From contig JANJGN010000049.1 of NCBI GenBank assembly GCA_026770705.1, forward strand, positions 4,278,001-4,342,000: a stretch of 64,000 nucleotides of DNA, in the 5' to 3' direction. Within the stretch, counting starts at the first letter, position 1. The number at the start of each line of letters is the position of its first letter. Made by a program: the position numbers and the translations under genes. This document shows, piece by piece, positions 12,485 through 24,410 of the stretch. Origin of the DNA: Isurus oxyrinchus (lineage: Eukaryota). The notes below the pieces were generated by a model. The model worked only from the letters and a program-made list of their open reading frames with translations. It ran no database searches and was not told the origin of the DNA.

Positions 12485-12551
12485 GGTTTTTGCATTAACA
12501 GTAACGGCTGTGCCATCCAGGATCACTGTGAGACGCATCATGTCAGAAAAT
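12485..12551 (-). other. DH2 segment (12513-12523, ATCCTGGATGG) with 12/12 RSS
   Basis: J side: CACAGCC-12-GCAAAAACC. V side: CACTGTG-12-TCAGAAAAT (weaker nonamer). Confidence 0.9.
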
Positions 12552-12865
12552 GCGGCAGACTGTTAAATGTGAAATACAGAGATTCAAATCCACAGCGCCT
12601 GAGAAACCTGATACTGAATACTCGAGGAATACATCACTGTGATATTTCAGTTAGAAATTTTCATTATGTTTATAAAACGGACCGAAATATGCCTTTAACA
12701 TCTGTGCCCCTATTTAGCAAGACAATCAAAATTAGTAAAAACGGAGACTTTAATACATTTTTCGTAATTCAGTGTTCCTTCAAACCCTTATTGTTGGTCA
12801 TATTTATTTTATTTGATTTTCCTGCTGTGATACGGATCGCAGATTTGATCAAACTCCCTCTCTGG

Positions 12866-12945
12866 GGTATTTGTATGAGGAGTTCGCTATACACAGCACC
12901 CTGACCCAATGTAGTAACACAGTGACACAAGCCAGCACAAATACT
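12866..12945 (-). other. DH1 segment (12904-12917, TTACTACATTGGGT) with 12/22 RSS; 3' heptamer defective
   Basis: V side: CACAGTG-12-ACAAATACT. D2 side: CAGGGTG-22-ACAAATACC. Confidence 0.88.
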
Positions 12946-13301
12946 GCTCTCACTCACTGACTGTGAGTCAGTGTATAAATAAAACCTTTCAGTCAGCAGG
13001 AGGTTTGTAGATTTTGATTGCAATTCATCCAAGAGTTTTACTCAGGAGCAGAACTTTGGGCTAAAATTATCCCCATTCACCTAATAATTTGTTAATATTT
13101 CCATTTGGCTCCTAGTCATCAGTTGTGCACATTCTAAGCGGTATCTATGCTCTTTAATATACAGAGTTAGTCATTTTTGATTTTTATTATTCGCCACTTT
13201 ATTTCTTTGGAAAATGTAACTTTTCAAGCTAGGTTCAAACACATCTCTTAACCTATTTTGAGCTAATACTGACCTATGATTCGCTGTAATTATTCTTCTG
13301 C

Positions 13302-13340
13302 CGTTTATGTACGAGCTCTGGGCTTGTTCAGGTCGCTGTG
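13302..13340 (-). other. V recombination signal (23-bp spacer)
   Basis: CACAGCG + 23 nt + ACATAAACG directly after the YYCARD codons. Confidence 0.93.
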
Positions 13341-13642
13341 GTCTCTTGCACAGTAATACCTCGCGGTGTCTTCGGGTCTCAGATTTTTGATCTCAATGTA
13401 AGTTGTGGACGAAGTTCTTGATGGGATGATTCGACCTTCGATTCCAGGAGCGTAATACGTGGTATCCGAGGGTTTTCTGTAAGCAAGGAGCCACTCCAGC
13501 CCTTTCCCAGGAAATTGTTTAACCCAGTGCACATAGTAACTGTCCAGACTGAACCTGCTCACCGAACAGGACAGTTTGCGAGATTGTCCCGGCTTAGCGG
13601 TCTCTGAAGCCGGCTGGGTCAGCACGATGGCGGATTGGACAT
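13341..13642 (-). CDS. VH exon, unrearranged, open frame; resembles IgW-type V
   Basis: Acceptor ctaacag ends at 13643. VQS-AIVLTQPASETAKPGQSRKLSCSVSRFSLDSYYVHWVKQFPGKGLEWLLAYRKPSDTTYYAPGIEGRIIPSRTSSTTYIEIKNLRPEDTARYYCARD; canonical C, W, YYC. Confidence 0.97.
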
Positions 13643-13767
13643 CTGTTAGCGAATGGAAAAGATGTAATTACATTAGAAAACAATCAAATCATTGAACTTA
13701 AATAGCAACACGATATCAGACAAGAAGCAGACTTTATCATATCACTTATACAGTCAGGAATACTCAC

Positions 13768-13813
13768 AGGTGAAGCAAGCCAAAAAGAAGCAAAGGCACA
13801 GCGCAAATCCCAT
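13768..13813 (-). CDS. VH leader exon (46 bp, MGFALCLCFFLACFT)
   Basis: ATG at 13813, hydrophobic peptide, donor T|GTGAGT, 125-bp intron to the V exon, phase 1. Confidence 0.93.
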
Positions 13814-13903
13814 CCTCAGTCTCTGGGTATAACTGACTTGGGAGCGTTACTCTCCGATGCAGCGACACCTGCGGATTGTGAACCAGGAGCTGAACTGTTC
13901 CGC

Positions 13904-13911
13904 TATTTATA
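13904..13911 (-). promoter_or_regulatory. TATA box of the VH promoter
   Basis: TATAAATA ~90 bp upstream of the ATG. No octamer nearby, as expected for shark IgH promoters. E-boxes at 13866 and 14020. Confidence 0.7.
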
Positions 13912-14169
13912 CCGGCTAAAGTCAAATAAGAGAGAGAGAGAGAGACAGAGCTGGAGAATGGGAGTCACTCTCCTCCCCCAGTTAACAGCCTGGCTCCTCC
14001 TCTCTTTTCCTGTCTGATCCAGCTGTATAAACAATGATTAACCATTAATATTCCGTGTTCCACAAACGTATCTTTTTAGATTGTCTGTTTATGCTTTGGG
14101 ATGAGACACTCTCTCTCCAAAGCAGCCTCAGTTTTAAATTGATTCAGGGCGAATCTTTGCATTCCCAAT

Positions 14170-14490
14170 AAACACCTCACATGTGCTAAGTTTCCAATTC
14201 CTCTCAGATGAATGTAAGCGCTCCCATGGAATTAATTCAAAGATCAGGAGAGATCTCCCCTGTGTCCAAGGCCAATATTTATCACTCAGGCAACATCCCA
14301 AAATCAGATTATCTGGTGATTTATCGCAGTGCAGTGTATTGGATCTTGCTTTGCGTGCATTCACGGCCATGTTTCCTTGCACTACGTTGGTGATTATATA
14401 CTTAGAAATAGAAAATCTTCATTGCCTTTGAAGAGCTTTAAGGTATCCTGTGGTTGTGAAATGCAATGTGTAACTGCAAGTCTTTCTTAT
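14170..14490 (+). mobile_element. Deu-domain-like SINE (AmnSINE1/SacSINE1-like) remnant upstream of the promoter
   Basis: cagatgaatgtaa..cccatgg..gatctcccctgtgtcc..ggccaatatttatcactca..aacatc..cagattatctgg motif series; related pieces at ~4490-4650 (+) and ~29180-29420 (-). Confidence 0.6.
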
Positions 14491-15779
14491 GTCCATTTTT
14501 CTCTATCTGTGAGACAGAACATACAAATGTTACTGATATTTGTCCAGAGAAAGCGATGATATTTGTCCAATGACATGAAATGTTTCGGAGTAATATCTCT
14601 TAATTTCAGATATAATCCATCGTAAAATGTGCAGCTTCACTTTAAAACAATTCCCGGTGAATCAATTTTCCACAGGATCTCAGTTCACCAGTCTGAATAT
14701 TGCTCTTTCATTTCACACTGAACGATTCTAAATGGGAGACATTGAGATTTACACCGAGGAGTGTTTGTGTGGTAAGACTGCATAGTCCAGCCGAACCCTA
14801 TTTAGTTGAGAATTAAATCACCGTGCCTAGCTTTCTTATTGATGTGACATATGCATCCCACAAACCATGGGGATATTTAGCAATGCAGATAAAACAATAT
14901 TGATCAGGCTGTAACCACTGAACCATAAATTATATTCAGAGATTTGGGGCATCATGAGTTTGATTTTTTTTGATGTTGTTAATTTTCACCAAGGAAGAGA
15001 AATCATTGAATTTATTGTGCAATTAAAGTCCAGCTTTTCAGATGCCAACACAAACCGTACCAACAGGTTACATATGAAATTATAAAGCCTGCCATTATAA
15101 TTGTACTAACATTTCAGTGAATAATTTGAGTTCGCAGCCAGTCTCCAGACTGGGGCTGTCGCTCTGCCAACTGCAGGTTATTGGGTAAAGTAGAAACTTA
15201 TTTAAGGAATCAAATATTAGTATCATTGTAGTTAATGTGTTCTTTATTTCTGTGTGATACCAGCTCAGCTGGCATTCCCTTCTACAGGATTGTAAAGGAA
15301 CTTCGCAATTATCAGAATCAAATTGGCCTTAATTAATTAAAATCCCAAACTGTTGATCTCGCATTTATTCTGTTTGGCACATGCCATTCACAAAACGCAG
15401 TTTCCTTAATATCATCTCATGAGAAACACAATTTAGATCGACATTGCCTAACGATTCATTAACTGATGAATTTATTTTCAGTTTGTTGAACAACACGTTC
15501 ATCCCATATGTCTGCTCCACAGAAATTTGCAGGATCCCAGAAATCTATCAGCAGGGAGGAGCGATAAGTCACATTGCAATTGACAGGAAACATCTGTGGC
15601 TGCTGTGCAGAAACTTCAACAATCAGTTTCCAGCCCGCTGATAGAAGGGCAACAAGAACCCAGGTGCTAGCAAAGCAGCGTTTTTATACAAAGATCTGCC
15701 CAGCAACAATATGCCCAAGCAGTTCAGGTTCATCTCCATTGGATATATTGACTTTCATTTCAAATGAATTAATAACTTG

Positions 15780-16350
15780 AGATTGATTCCCAGAACCTGT
15801 ATCCTCTCTGAAGTACCAGGGTGTGAATCCTAGGAATGATTCTCAGAGCATGACGCTATTGTGGCAGAAACCAAAGGACTGATTCCGAAAGCCTGTGGTG
15901 CACCTGACGCTCTAGGGTGCACAAACCCTGGATGTGATTCCTAGAGACTGGGGGATATTAGAAGCATCAGGGAGCATAAATCCTAGGATTAGTATCAAAC
16001 ACATAGGCCTAGCAGACTCAGCAGAGAACATAAACGCTGGGAATTGTCCCCAGAACCTGGATGACCGTTTAGTTGCTCAAAACCTGGGAATTTCTTCTAG
16101 GTGCAGGGATTATCTGATACGAAGTGCCCGTTAATCACAAGTCTTGTTAATGATTCCAAAGGGCTGGTCCCAAGTCACACAGACACACATTGATTCACAA
16201 GCCCTGGGCATTATCTCCAGCTGCTGGGTTTATAAGACACAAGCAGCCAAGCGAGCACAATCCCTCGGAGTGATCCCTTGTTACTGGCCCTGTAAGACAC
16301 CGACAGACATGGGAGCAGAAACTTAATTGATTATTCCCTGTTTCTGGGTC
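15780..16350. repeat. Highly degenerate ~45-60 bp tandem repeat
   Basis: Recurring aa(a/t)cc..ggga.tgattcc motif at ~15826, 15867, 15923, 15978, 16032, 16079, 16199, 16259. Confidence 0.5.
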
Positions 16351-17782
16351 ATCATAACAAGACAGTGGACTAAAACTCCCATCCATCCCTTTGTCACTTC
16401 TAGACCTGAATATTCCAATGGCTTCTTGACCATTCTCCCAGACTCCATCTTCCATAAATAGGAGCTCAAGCCAAGTGCTGTTGCCCGTACCCTAAAGCAC
16501 ACAAGTCCCGTTGGCCCGTCAACCCCGTTGTCCCTGATAAAAATCGGCTCTTGGTTAAGGAATGCATCAGTAATAAGATTATCACAGTTGTTAGACTCCC
16601 TCCATGGTCTCCACCACCTCTCCCTCCGCCCCGACTACCAACATCCCCATCCCTATCAGCTCCTTCAGCCTAATAGCCCTCCGAGAGCCCTTCCCTCCTC
16701 GAATTCTCAAATCTTTTGCATCCGTGAATTTTATCACTTGTTGCCTACTGCCTTGGCCCTAAGCCATGGAATTCACTCATAATTCCCTTTTCCCTCTCTC
16801 CACCTTTAATTTCCTCGCTAAAAGTTACATCGCTGACCTAACATATGGTCATCCGTCCTTGTGTCTCCTTATGTGACTCGGTGTCAAGCCTGGTCTGTTC
16901 ATGGTCTTGTGAGTCAGCTTGGAGCGATTTACGACTTTAAAGGTGCTATATTGTTGCAAATTGTTTTTGGATATAATTCGATTTCTTTCTGACTGAAGGA
17001 AATAATAAGTCAGGAGAATTACTGTTTTATTAATCTCAGTTCAAGTATAGTGAGATTCTCACTTTTACTGCAATATGCCGAAATCATTACAGGGTCCCGT
17101 GTTATGCGCTGATGATCAACTAACAATCTATCACAAAGAACAATGTGTTCATACACGTTATGCATGTTCCGATTTAATCACCTTTCCAAATGATTTCTGA
17201 GGACAAACAGACATTGCCTTGGTAACGGAATGGTCGGTGGGACAATGCGATCTAAATATGAGCACACAATAAATGGATAATCAATGCACATTAAGGCTAT
17301 TACGGGACCTAAAATTATACTTTTAATCAAAGGGAGTAGAATATTGGATCATAACAGGGAAACATAATAATTTACCTTTGCAGAATTCCCATAAAAACAT
17401 TAAGATAGATGTGTTTAGACAAACACGCACAGGCACACAAGTAAACAAACCATCACACAGAGATACAGTCAGACAAGGACAGACGTACACACACGTGCGC
17501 ACACACACACACGGTCCCTGATCAAAATTCCTCCCTTCAATTAACGCTAATAAATATACATTAATATAAATTAACAGGGTTTGAACCACTTTGTCCTTTT
17601 GCTAATGTTTCTTTGCATCAACAAAGCTTCACTCATACGGAATTCTTTGCATTTTTATCCTTTGCCACCCTCTGTCGAATGTAATGATCTTGTATATCTT
17701 TGTAGCTTGTTTTCAGATGCGCTAATATGAGAAACAATAACTGATGAAGGCATTTTAAAGTAACATCAATGGCAAACTTTCG

Positions 17783-17796
17783 CCACCAGGTGGCAG
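17783..17796 (+). promoter_or_regulatory. CTCF core motif (forward)
   Basis: CCACCAGGTGGCAG matches the CTCF core consensus; ~4 kb upstream of the V leader. Confidence 0.6.
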
Positions 17797-19689
17797 TGAG
17801 AGCGCGATTACTTCCATGAAAACATACATACACTGCCTCAATTATTATTGCTCCACAGCATGTCTATGTTCATATCACAGCAGACCTTCACTCAGTTATT
17901 GCTAGTTCTACTTCATTCACAGATGTTGATATTTCTGTCAAGGCCGACATTTACTAGCCATACCTAATTGCCCTGGAGAATGTGTTGGTGAGCCGCCTTG
18001 TGTGTGGCATAAATCCAAAAACAGTGCAAGTGGGAAGGGAGCTCTGGGGTTTTGACTCAATAACGAAGCAAAAAAAATCTAGATTTCCAAATCAGGATAC
18101 TCTGCGTGACTTGGAGCGGCACTCGCAGGTTTTGGTGCTCCCATTCATCTGCTGTCCTTGCCCTTCTATGTCGCAGAGCTCTCGGGTTCTGAAGATGCTG
18201 TCGAAGGTATTACCAGAGCGGGGTGAGGGGCTTCCGTTATTTGGAAAAACGATAGAAATATCATCCTAGAGCAGAGAAAGTTAAGAGATGTTTTGAAAGA
18301 AGTGTTCAAGTTTCTGAAGGGTTTTGCAAGGCCATAACCTGACCATGTCCCCGTCCATATTATACTGGGTCCAGTCACGGACATTAGTGCAATAAACTCT
18401 GTGCCCATCCATCCTTTACACTAGGCCCTTTTTCACTTATTGCTGCACTGAAGCATGTGTCTGGTTATATTGCACTCATCCATGTCCTTATTTATATTAC
18501 ACTAGACTCTTTCTCGTTTATTTCTGCATTATGTTATGCTTCCCTTTAAGTTGCATGAGGCACTCTCCCTGCTCATATTCGACGAGGTCTGCGGTAGTTT
18601 TTCATGCACCGGACTGCTCAGAGTACAGGAGTCCTCATTGCTGTTTATGTTAAATAAGGCCCATTTTCTGTTATGACAGCACTGGACACTCTGTTAAAAT
18701 TAATCTATTCCCAAAGTCAGTAATTGTGGCACTGTATTTTTTTCTGTTTTAGATAATTATTAGGAGGAAGAGAGAGGTATGTCTCATAATAATTAAAGAA
18801 CATATATTTGACTGGGTGGGAAGATGGATTTTTGTTTGTTGGAAAAATACGTTTAGTCTTGGTCACAGCCATCAGGAGCTGTGTACAATTTCCCATTGCT
18901 CTGGTGTTATCTATCAGTTATTTTGAAAGTACTGGTCGAATCTTATGATAATCTCAGAAATTTGAACTGGATTGAGGGACTGAAGTCAAGGTGAGCCAGA
19001 GTGCACTGCAGTTTATACTATTTAGTGGAAATCTCTGTTATTGCTATTGTACATCGTGTTTTAATGTTAAGAAATGTTTCTCCTGAGGGCCTTTACATTC
19101 ACGTTTTCCGTGGCTACTGGTTGTGTGACCGAGGCCTCAACATCTGTATTTGCGTCTATTTGTGTCTGTGAGTGTGATCATACAAAACACATCATTCCTA
19201 ATGTTTGCAAGTTACATCCACAAAGGTGGATTTGCTTCTTCAGTTATTTTCACAGCATTTAATTCCCTTTCATTAAAAATGTGTTGAGCAGAATGTAAGC
19301 GCAAATTTGTTTGTTGATACGTTTCTATCAACAACAGTTACGAACGTCGACATTTTCACGATAGCAGTAATGACAACGATTGGCCACCAGCTGACAGTGT
19401 AAGTTGGTTTGCCTAAATCATACCAAACCAGCACTGCCTCAGGCGGCAATAAATGAGAAAGGGCCAAGTGTAATATAGGGATGGGCATGGATGGTTTATA
19501 TTACATTAGACAGTCTCTAATGTTTTACTTATTAATTATCGACTGATTTGGAATAGTAGTTAAGTCAAACATCTCTACCCATTCCCAGTTCTCCTTGAGA
19601 AATGGCGAATTTCCACCTTCTTGAAAGTGTCAAGCGGTTTAATACCTTTGAAATCCCAAGATCCGCCCGAATTGAATCCTCGGCATAGG

Positions 19690-21000
19690 AATCACCATCA
19701 CTTTATAATCCTTTGCAACTTCAGGCACTGAGACAGGGCGAGAGGACAGCTAACGTTGTGCATTGTTCAAAACGGAGAAAGGTATATACTGAATGATTAC
19801 AGAACAGTGAATATAATCTTGGAACCGGGAATAGTATTGGAAAGAGAACATTCTAAGAGACACGGTGCATCTACATTTAGAATGACACTGACTAAGCAAA
19901 GCTGGACAGCAAGAATTTGTTAAAGGAAGGGCGAGTGTGACTATTATGGTTAAATGTTTTGAAAGGATAATAAGGAGTGCCGATGGATACAGTGCATTCG
20001 ATGTAGTCTATGTGGATTTTAAAATGATCAGGTTCTACATGGCAGAGCGGTTCCGAAATTAAAAGCCAATGTGATCCAAGGCAAAGCGGCGAGGTAAATC
20101 CAAAATTGGTTCAATGCCAGGAAGCAAACGGTAAATGACACGAGATGTTTCTGTAAATGGGAGTGGTATCCCCCAGGCCTTAGTAATAGGACACTTGCCT
20201 TTTCTTGCATATATCAATTACTTGCACATGACCGCAAAAAGCATGATTAAGAAGGCTTTAGATGATACACAAATTGGCTGTGTGGTTAAGAATGAAGCAT
20301 AAAGCTGTACACTGCAGGAAATTGACCAGTCAGGTAGACATAAGAATGGCATAAAGATGATTGCGAGGTAGTGCATTTAAGGAAAGCTAACAAGATAAAC
20401 TAATAAACAGTAAATAAGTACATAAGAACCAGGAGCAGGACTTGGCAATTCAACGCCTCGAGCCTGCCCCGCTATTCATTACGATCATGACTGATCTCAT
20501 TTCGGCCTCAACTCCAATTTCCCATCCTCTCCCCAAAACCTTTCAATCCATTACTAATTAAAAATCTGTCAGCTCCTCCTTAAATTTATTCAGCATCCCG
20601 GCATCCAGTGCATTCTGAGGTAGTGAATTCCATTGATTCACGAATAATATGACACTGAGAATTAAAGTGGGACTATAGAATGCAGAGATTCATAAAGGTG
20701 ACTGGACAGGTAGATAAATTGATCAAGAAACAGATGGGATTCTTGCCTTTATTCTCCGAGGCATGGAAAATACGAGTTGAGACGTTCTGCTGGAACTGTG
20801 TAAAACACTAGTTAGCCCCGAGTTAGAGTGTTTGGTGCAGCCCTGGGCCAGGAACTATCGGAAAGATTTGATTGGGCAAGAAACGTTACAACGGAGATTT
20901 ACTATTTGGGTTTGCTATTTGGGAGGATAGGTTAGGTTTTACTTTTGAACAAAGGAAGCTGAGATAAGACAAGGCTGCATAAAGGGGATTATTCTATTTG
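19690..21000 (+). mobile_element. Degenerate CR1-like RT remnant with a nested antisense CR1 3' end (~20420-20640)
   Basis: Decayed motifs (gaggacagctaacgttg, gatgtagtctatgtggatttt, gatgatacacaaattgg, aaaacactagttagccccgagttagagtg). Confidence 0.65.
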
Positions 21001-21519
21001 CCTCCCTAACTCCTTGCTGTGCCCGCATGCTTTGTGTGATCCGTGTACAAACACACGCAGATCTCTCTGCACCGAGGAATTCTGCAGCCGTCTCTCAATT
21101 TCAACAACATGTTGCCTTTCGACTTACCCTGCAAAATTAGGCAACCTCATATTTTTCGAACCTTATATTCCATGTGCCAAATTTCAGCACAATCACTTAG
21201 CTTACCAATATGTCATTGTGGCCTCTGAGTGTCCTCCTCAGAACCTGTTTCCCTTTCCAGCTTGGTATCATCAGCAAATCTGGCTAAAGTACTGTCGACT
21301 CCTTCATCCAAGAGTAAATAGGTCATGGCAAATGTTTTCACCCAAAGGATGATGGGAATCTAAAACTCATGATGTGAAAAGGTTGTAAAAACTTGAAGTG
21401 AAACAACCTAAAAAGTTACAGACCAAGAGCTGGAATGTTGGACAAGGCTGGTTACTGCTTGTTTACTGGGATGAATGTCCCTCTTCCGTATTGTGGATTT
21501 CTATGACCCTATGATTCAT

Positions 21520-23600
21520 TGCTGTTAGATAGGGGTTTCAGGGTTTTGACCCGGCGACAGTGAAGAAATAACGATATATTTCCAAGCCAATGTGGTATTT
21601 GGCCTTGAGGTGAACTTATAGGTCTTTCCATGGGTCTGTTACACTTGTTCCTCTAGGTGCTAACAGTCAAGGGCTTGCACGGCGCTTTCATAGGGCAGTT
21701 GGCGCGTTGCCACAGTGCATTTCGTAGATGGTGCACACAGCTGTATTTGTGCAGTGGTGCTGGAGGGAATGGATTTATAAATAGTGGATTGGATTGCCAT
21801 CAGGCACGATGATTTTTCCTAGATGGTGTCTTCCTTCTTCCTAATATAAGAAATAGTATTAGGAGAAGACCATGTGGTTTGTCGGGCCTGCTCTGAAAGT
21901 GTGTTGTTGGAACTGCCCTGATCCAGGCAAGCTGAGATATTCAATCACATTCATAAAGTTTGCATGGACATTGTGAACAGATTCTGGGGAGTCATGAGGT
22001 GCGTAACTCGCCATACAACCTGCTGCCTCTGACCTTTTCTAGATGCTTCATATATGTTGCTGGTTCAGTTAACTTAATTTACTGCTGTGGTCCCCACAAT
22101 GTTGCTGGGGTTGGATTCTGCGGTGCTGATGTTAATGAATAACAACCGGAGATGGTTAGATTCTCTCTTGATGGAGATGGTCACTGCCTGGCACTTGTAA
22201 CACGTTATGTCACTTTCCACTCATCAGCCAAAGGTTTAATATTGTCCAAATGTTTTTTTTCTGCCCGGAGACATGAACTGCTTCAGTATCTGAGGAATCG
22301 TGAACCGTGCTGAAAATTGTGCCAACGTTCATGAACATCGCTACTTCTGACAAGATTATGGAAATAAGGCAATGGTGAAGCAACTGAGGATGGCTGGGCC
22401 TAGGACACTTTCCTGAGGAACTCCGAGAGTGATGCTCTGGTGTGGGCTTTTTGGCCTCCAGCAACAGCAATCATTTTCATTTCTGCTAGGTATGACTCCA
22501 ATGAGTTTTCCCCCGATTGCCATTGACTTCAATGTTGCTAATGATCCTTGGTGCCACAATCTGTCAACTGCTACCTTGATGTCAAGGGCATTCACTCTCA
22601 TATTAGGATTCAGCTGTTTGTCTTGGTTCAGATCAACAACGTGATGTAGTCGGGAACTGAAAGGCCCTTGAGAAACCGAAACTGGGCATTGTTGAGCAGC
22701 TTATTGCTGATGAGCTGCTGTTTGATTGCTCCATCAGTGAAACCTTCCATCAGGTTGCTGGTGGCTGAGAGTGCAATGATTGAGGGTCAATGGACCGCAT
22801 TGGGTTTGTTCAGCAATTTTCCACCATGTTACAGCTTGATCAGGCTGATGCCCCATTTTTAGATGTTCGTGTTGCTGTACCTGGCCTATTCCTCTGAATT
22901 CATCATTGAACAATCGTTGATCCCCTGGCTTCATCCTAATGGTAGAGTGAAGGTTATACATCCCATGACGTGCATATTGTAGGGGGATGAGAATGTTGCT
23001 CAAGCTAATGGCCTCACTGATGCACAGTTTTAATTGCCAAATATTCTCCAAATCTATCGCATGTAGCACGATGATTATGCCACACAACATCGCGGGTGGT
23101 GCTCTCAGTCTGAAGATGGGTCTTTGTATCCAAAAGGAAAGTACGGTGGACACTCTCATCAATACTGACGTGGAGAGATGTATCTGTGCCAAGTAGAGTA
23201 ATGAGAGCCGTCTCAAGTAAGTTTTCTCCTTGTGATCTCTCAACACTTTCCAGGGGCACGGTCTGGTAGATATGTCCTTCGTGACTCGGCCAGCTCAGTC
23301 AGTATTGGTATCGAGCCATTCTTGCTGATGTGCATTGAAGTTCCATTTCCTTTTCTGCTCTCAGGGTTTCACCAGAATTGTGTTCAACATGGAGATGCGC
23401 TGATTCATTAGTTGAGGTAGGGAAATAACTCGAATTAGAAAGAAGATTTTCCACTGTTGCCTGCTCTGATGCCAGGAGTATTCATGACTCCTGGAGTCAA
23501 TCTTGAAGGACCCCCAGGGGCACTCCTTCCCGACTAATATCCCGCCATCACTGGTGGGTTAATCAGGCGTGGGGATATTGATTGGAAGGTATTAACATTG
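21520..23600 (-). mobile_element. Degenerate non-LTR retrotransposon of a second (CR1/Jockey-group) family
   Basis: ALDIKVAVDRLWHQGSLATLKSMAIGGKL and GVPQESVLGP RT motifs; same family as 60180-61850. Confidence 0.75.
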
Positions 23601-23629
23601 AGCATGAATATGTCAGGCGGGTGTTTAGT

Positions 23630-24410
23630 TTGTAAGGTCTAATACAGGTAGGAATTATGCACTAAATGGCAGAACCCTTAAGTGCATCGACAGGCAGAGG
23701 GATCTGGGTGTACAGGTCCACAGGTCACTGAACGTGGCAATGCAGGTGGATAAGGTAGTCAGGAAGGCATATGGCAAGCTTGCCTTCATTGGCAGGGGTA
23801 TTGAGTATAAAAGCTGGGAATTCTTGCTGCAGCTGTATAGAACCTTGGTTAGACTACACTTGGAATATTGCTTGCAATTCTGGTCGCCACATTACCAGAA
23901 GGGTATGGAGGCATTGGAGAGGGTGCAGAGGAGGTTTACCAGGATGCTGCCTGATCTGGAGGTTATTAGGTATGAGGAGAGGTTGGAGAAACTCTGATTG
24001 TTCTGACTGGAGGGACTGAGATTGAGGGGCGACTTGATAGAAATTTACAAAATTATGAGTGGCATGGACAGAGTAGATAGTCAGAATCTTTTTCCCAGGG
24101 TGGGAGATTCAATTACTAGGGGACATAGATTTTAGGTGAGAGGAGAAAACTATAGAGGAAATGTGCGGGGCAAGTCTTTTATGCAGAGTGTAGTGAGTGT
24201 CTGGAATTCGCTGTCAGAGGAGGTGGTGGAAGCAGGTACAACAGTGGTGTTTAAGAGGCAGCTTGACAAATACATGAATAGGATGGGAATAGAGGGATAT
24301 GGACACCGGAAGTGCAAAATGTTTTAGTTGACGGGCAATATGATCGGCACAGGCTTGGAGGGCAGAAGGGCCTGTTCCTGTGCTGTACTTTTCTTTGTTC
24401 TTTTTTTTTT
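23630..24410 (+). mobile_element. CR1-clade LINE 3' portion with 3' UTR tail
   Basis: LLQLYRTLVRLHLEYCLQFWSPHY..ALERVQRRFTRMLP; ends ggcagaagggcctgttcctgtgctgtac plus T-rich tail. Confidence 0.9.

Noticed and set aside
12073-13642. Germline-joined (IgM1gj-like), IgNAR or TCR identity
   Set aside because: V, D1, D2 and J are separate with RSS; V has a full FR2/CDR2; the C exons and tailpiece are mu type.
13814-14170. Octamer (ATGCAAAT) promoter element
   Set aside because: Not found on either strand; only a TATA box and E-boxes.
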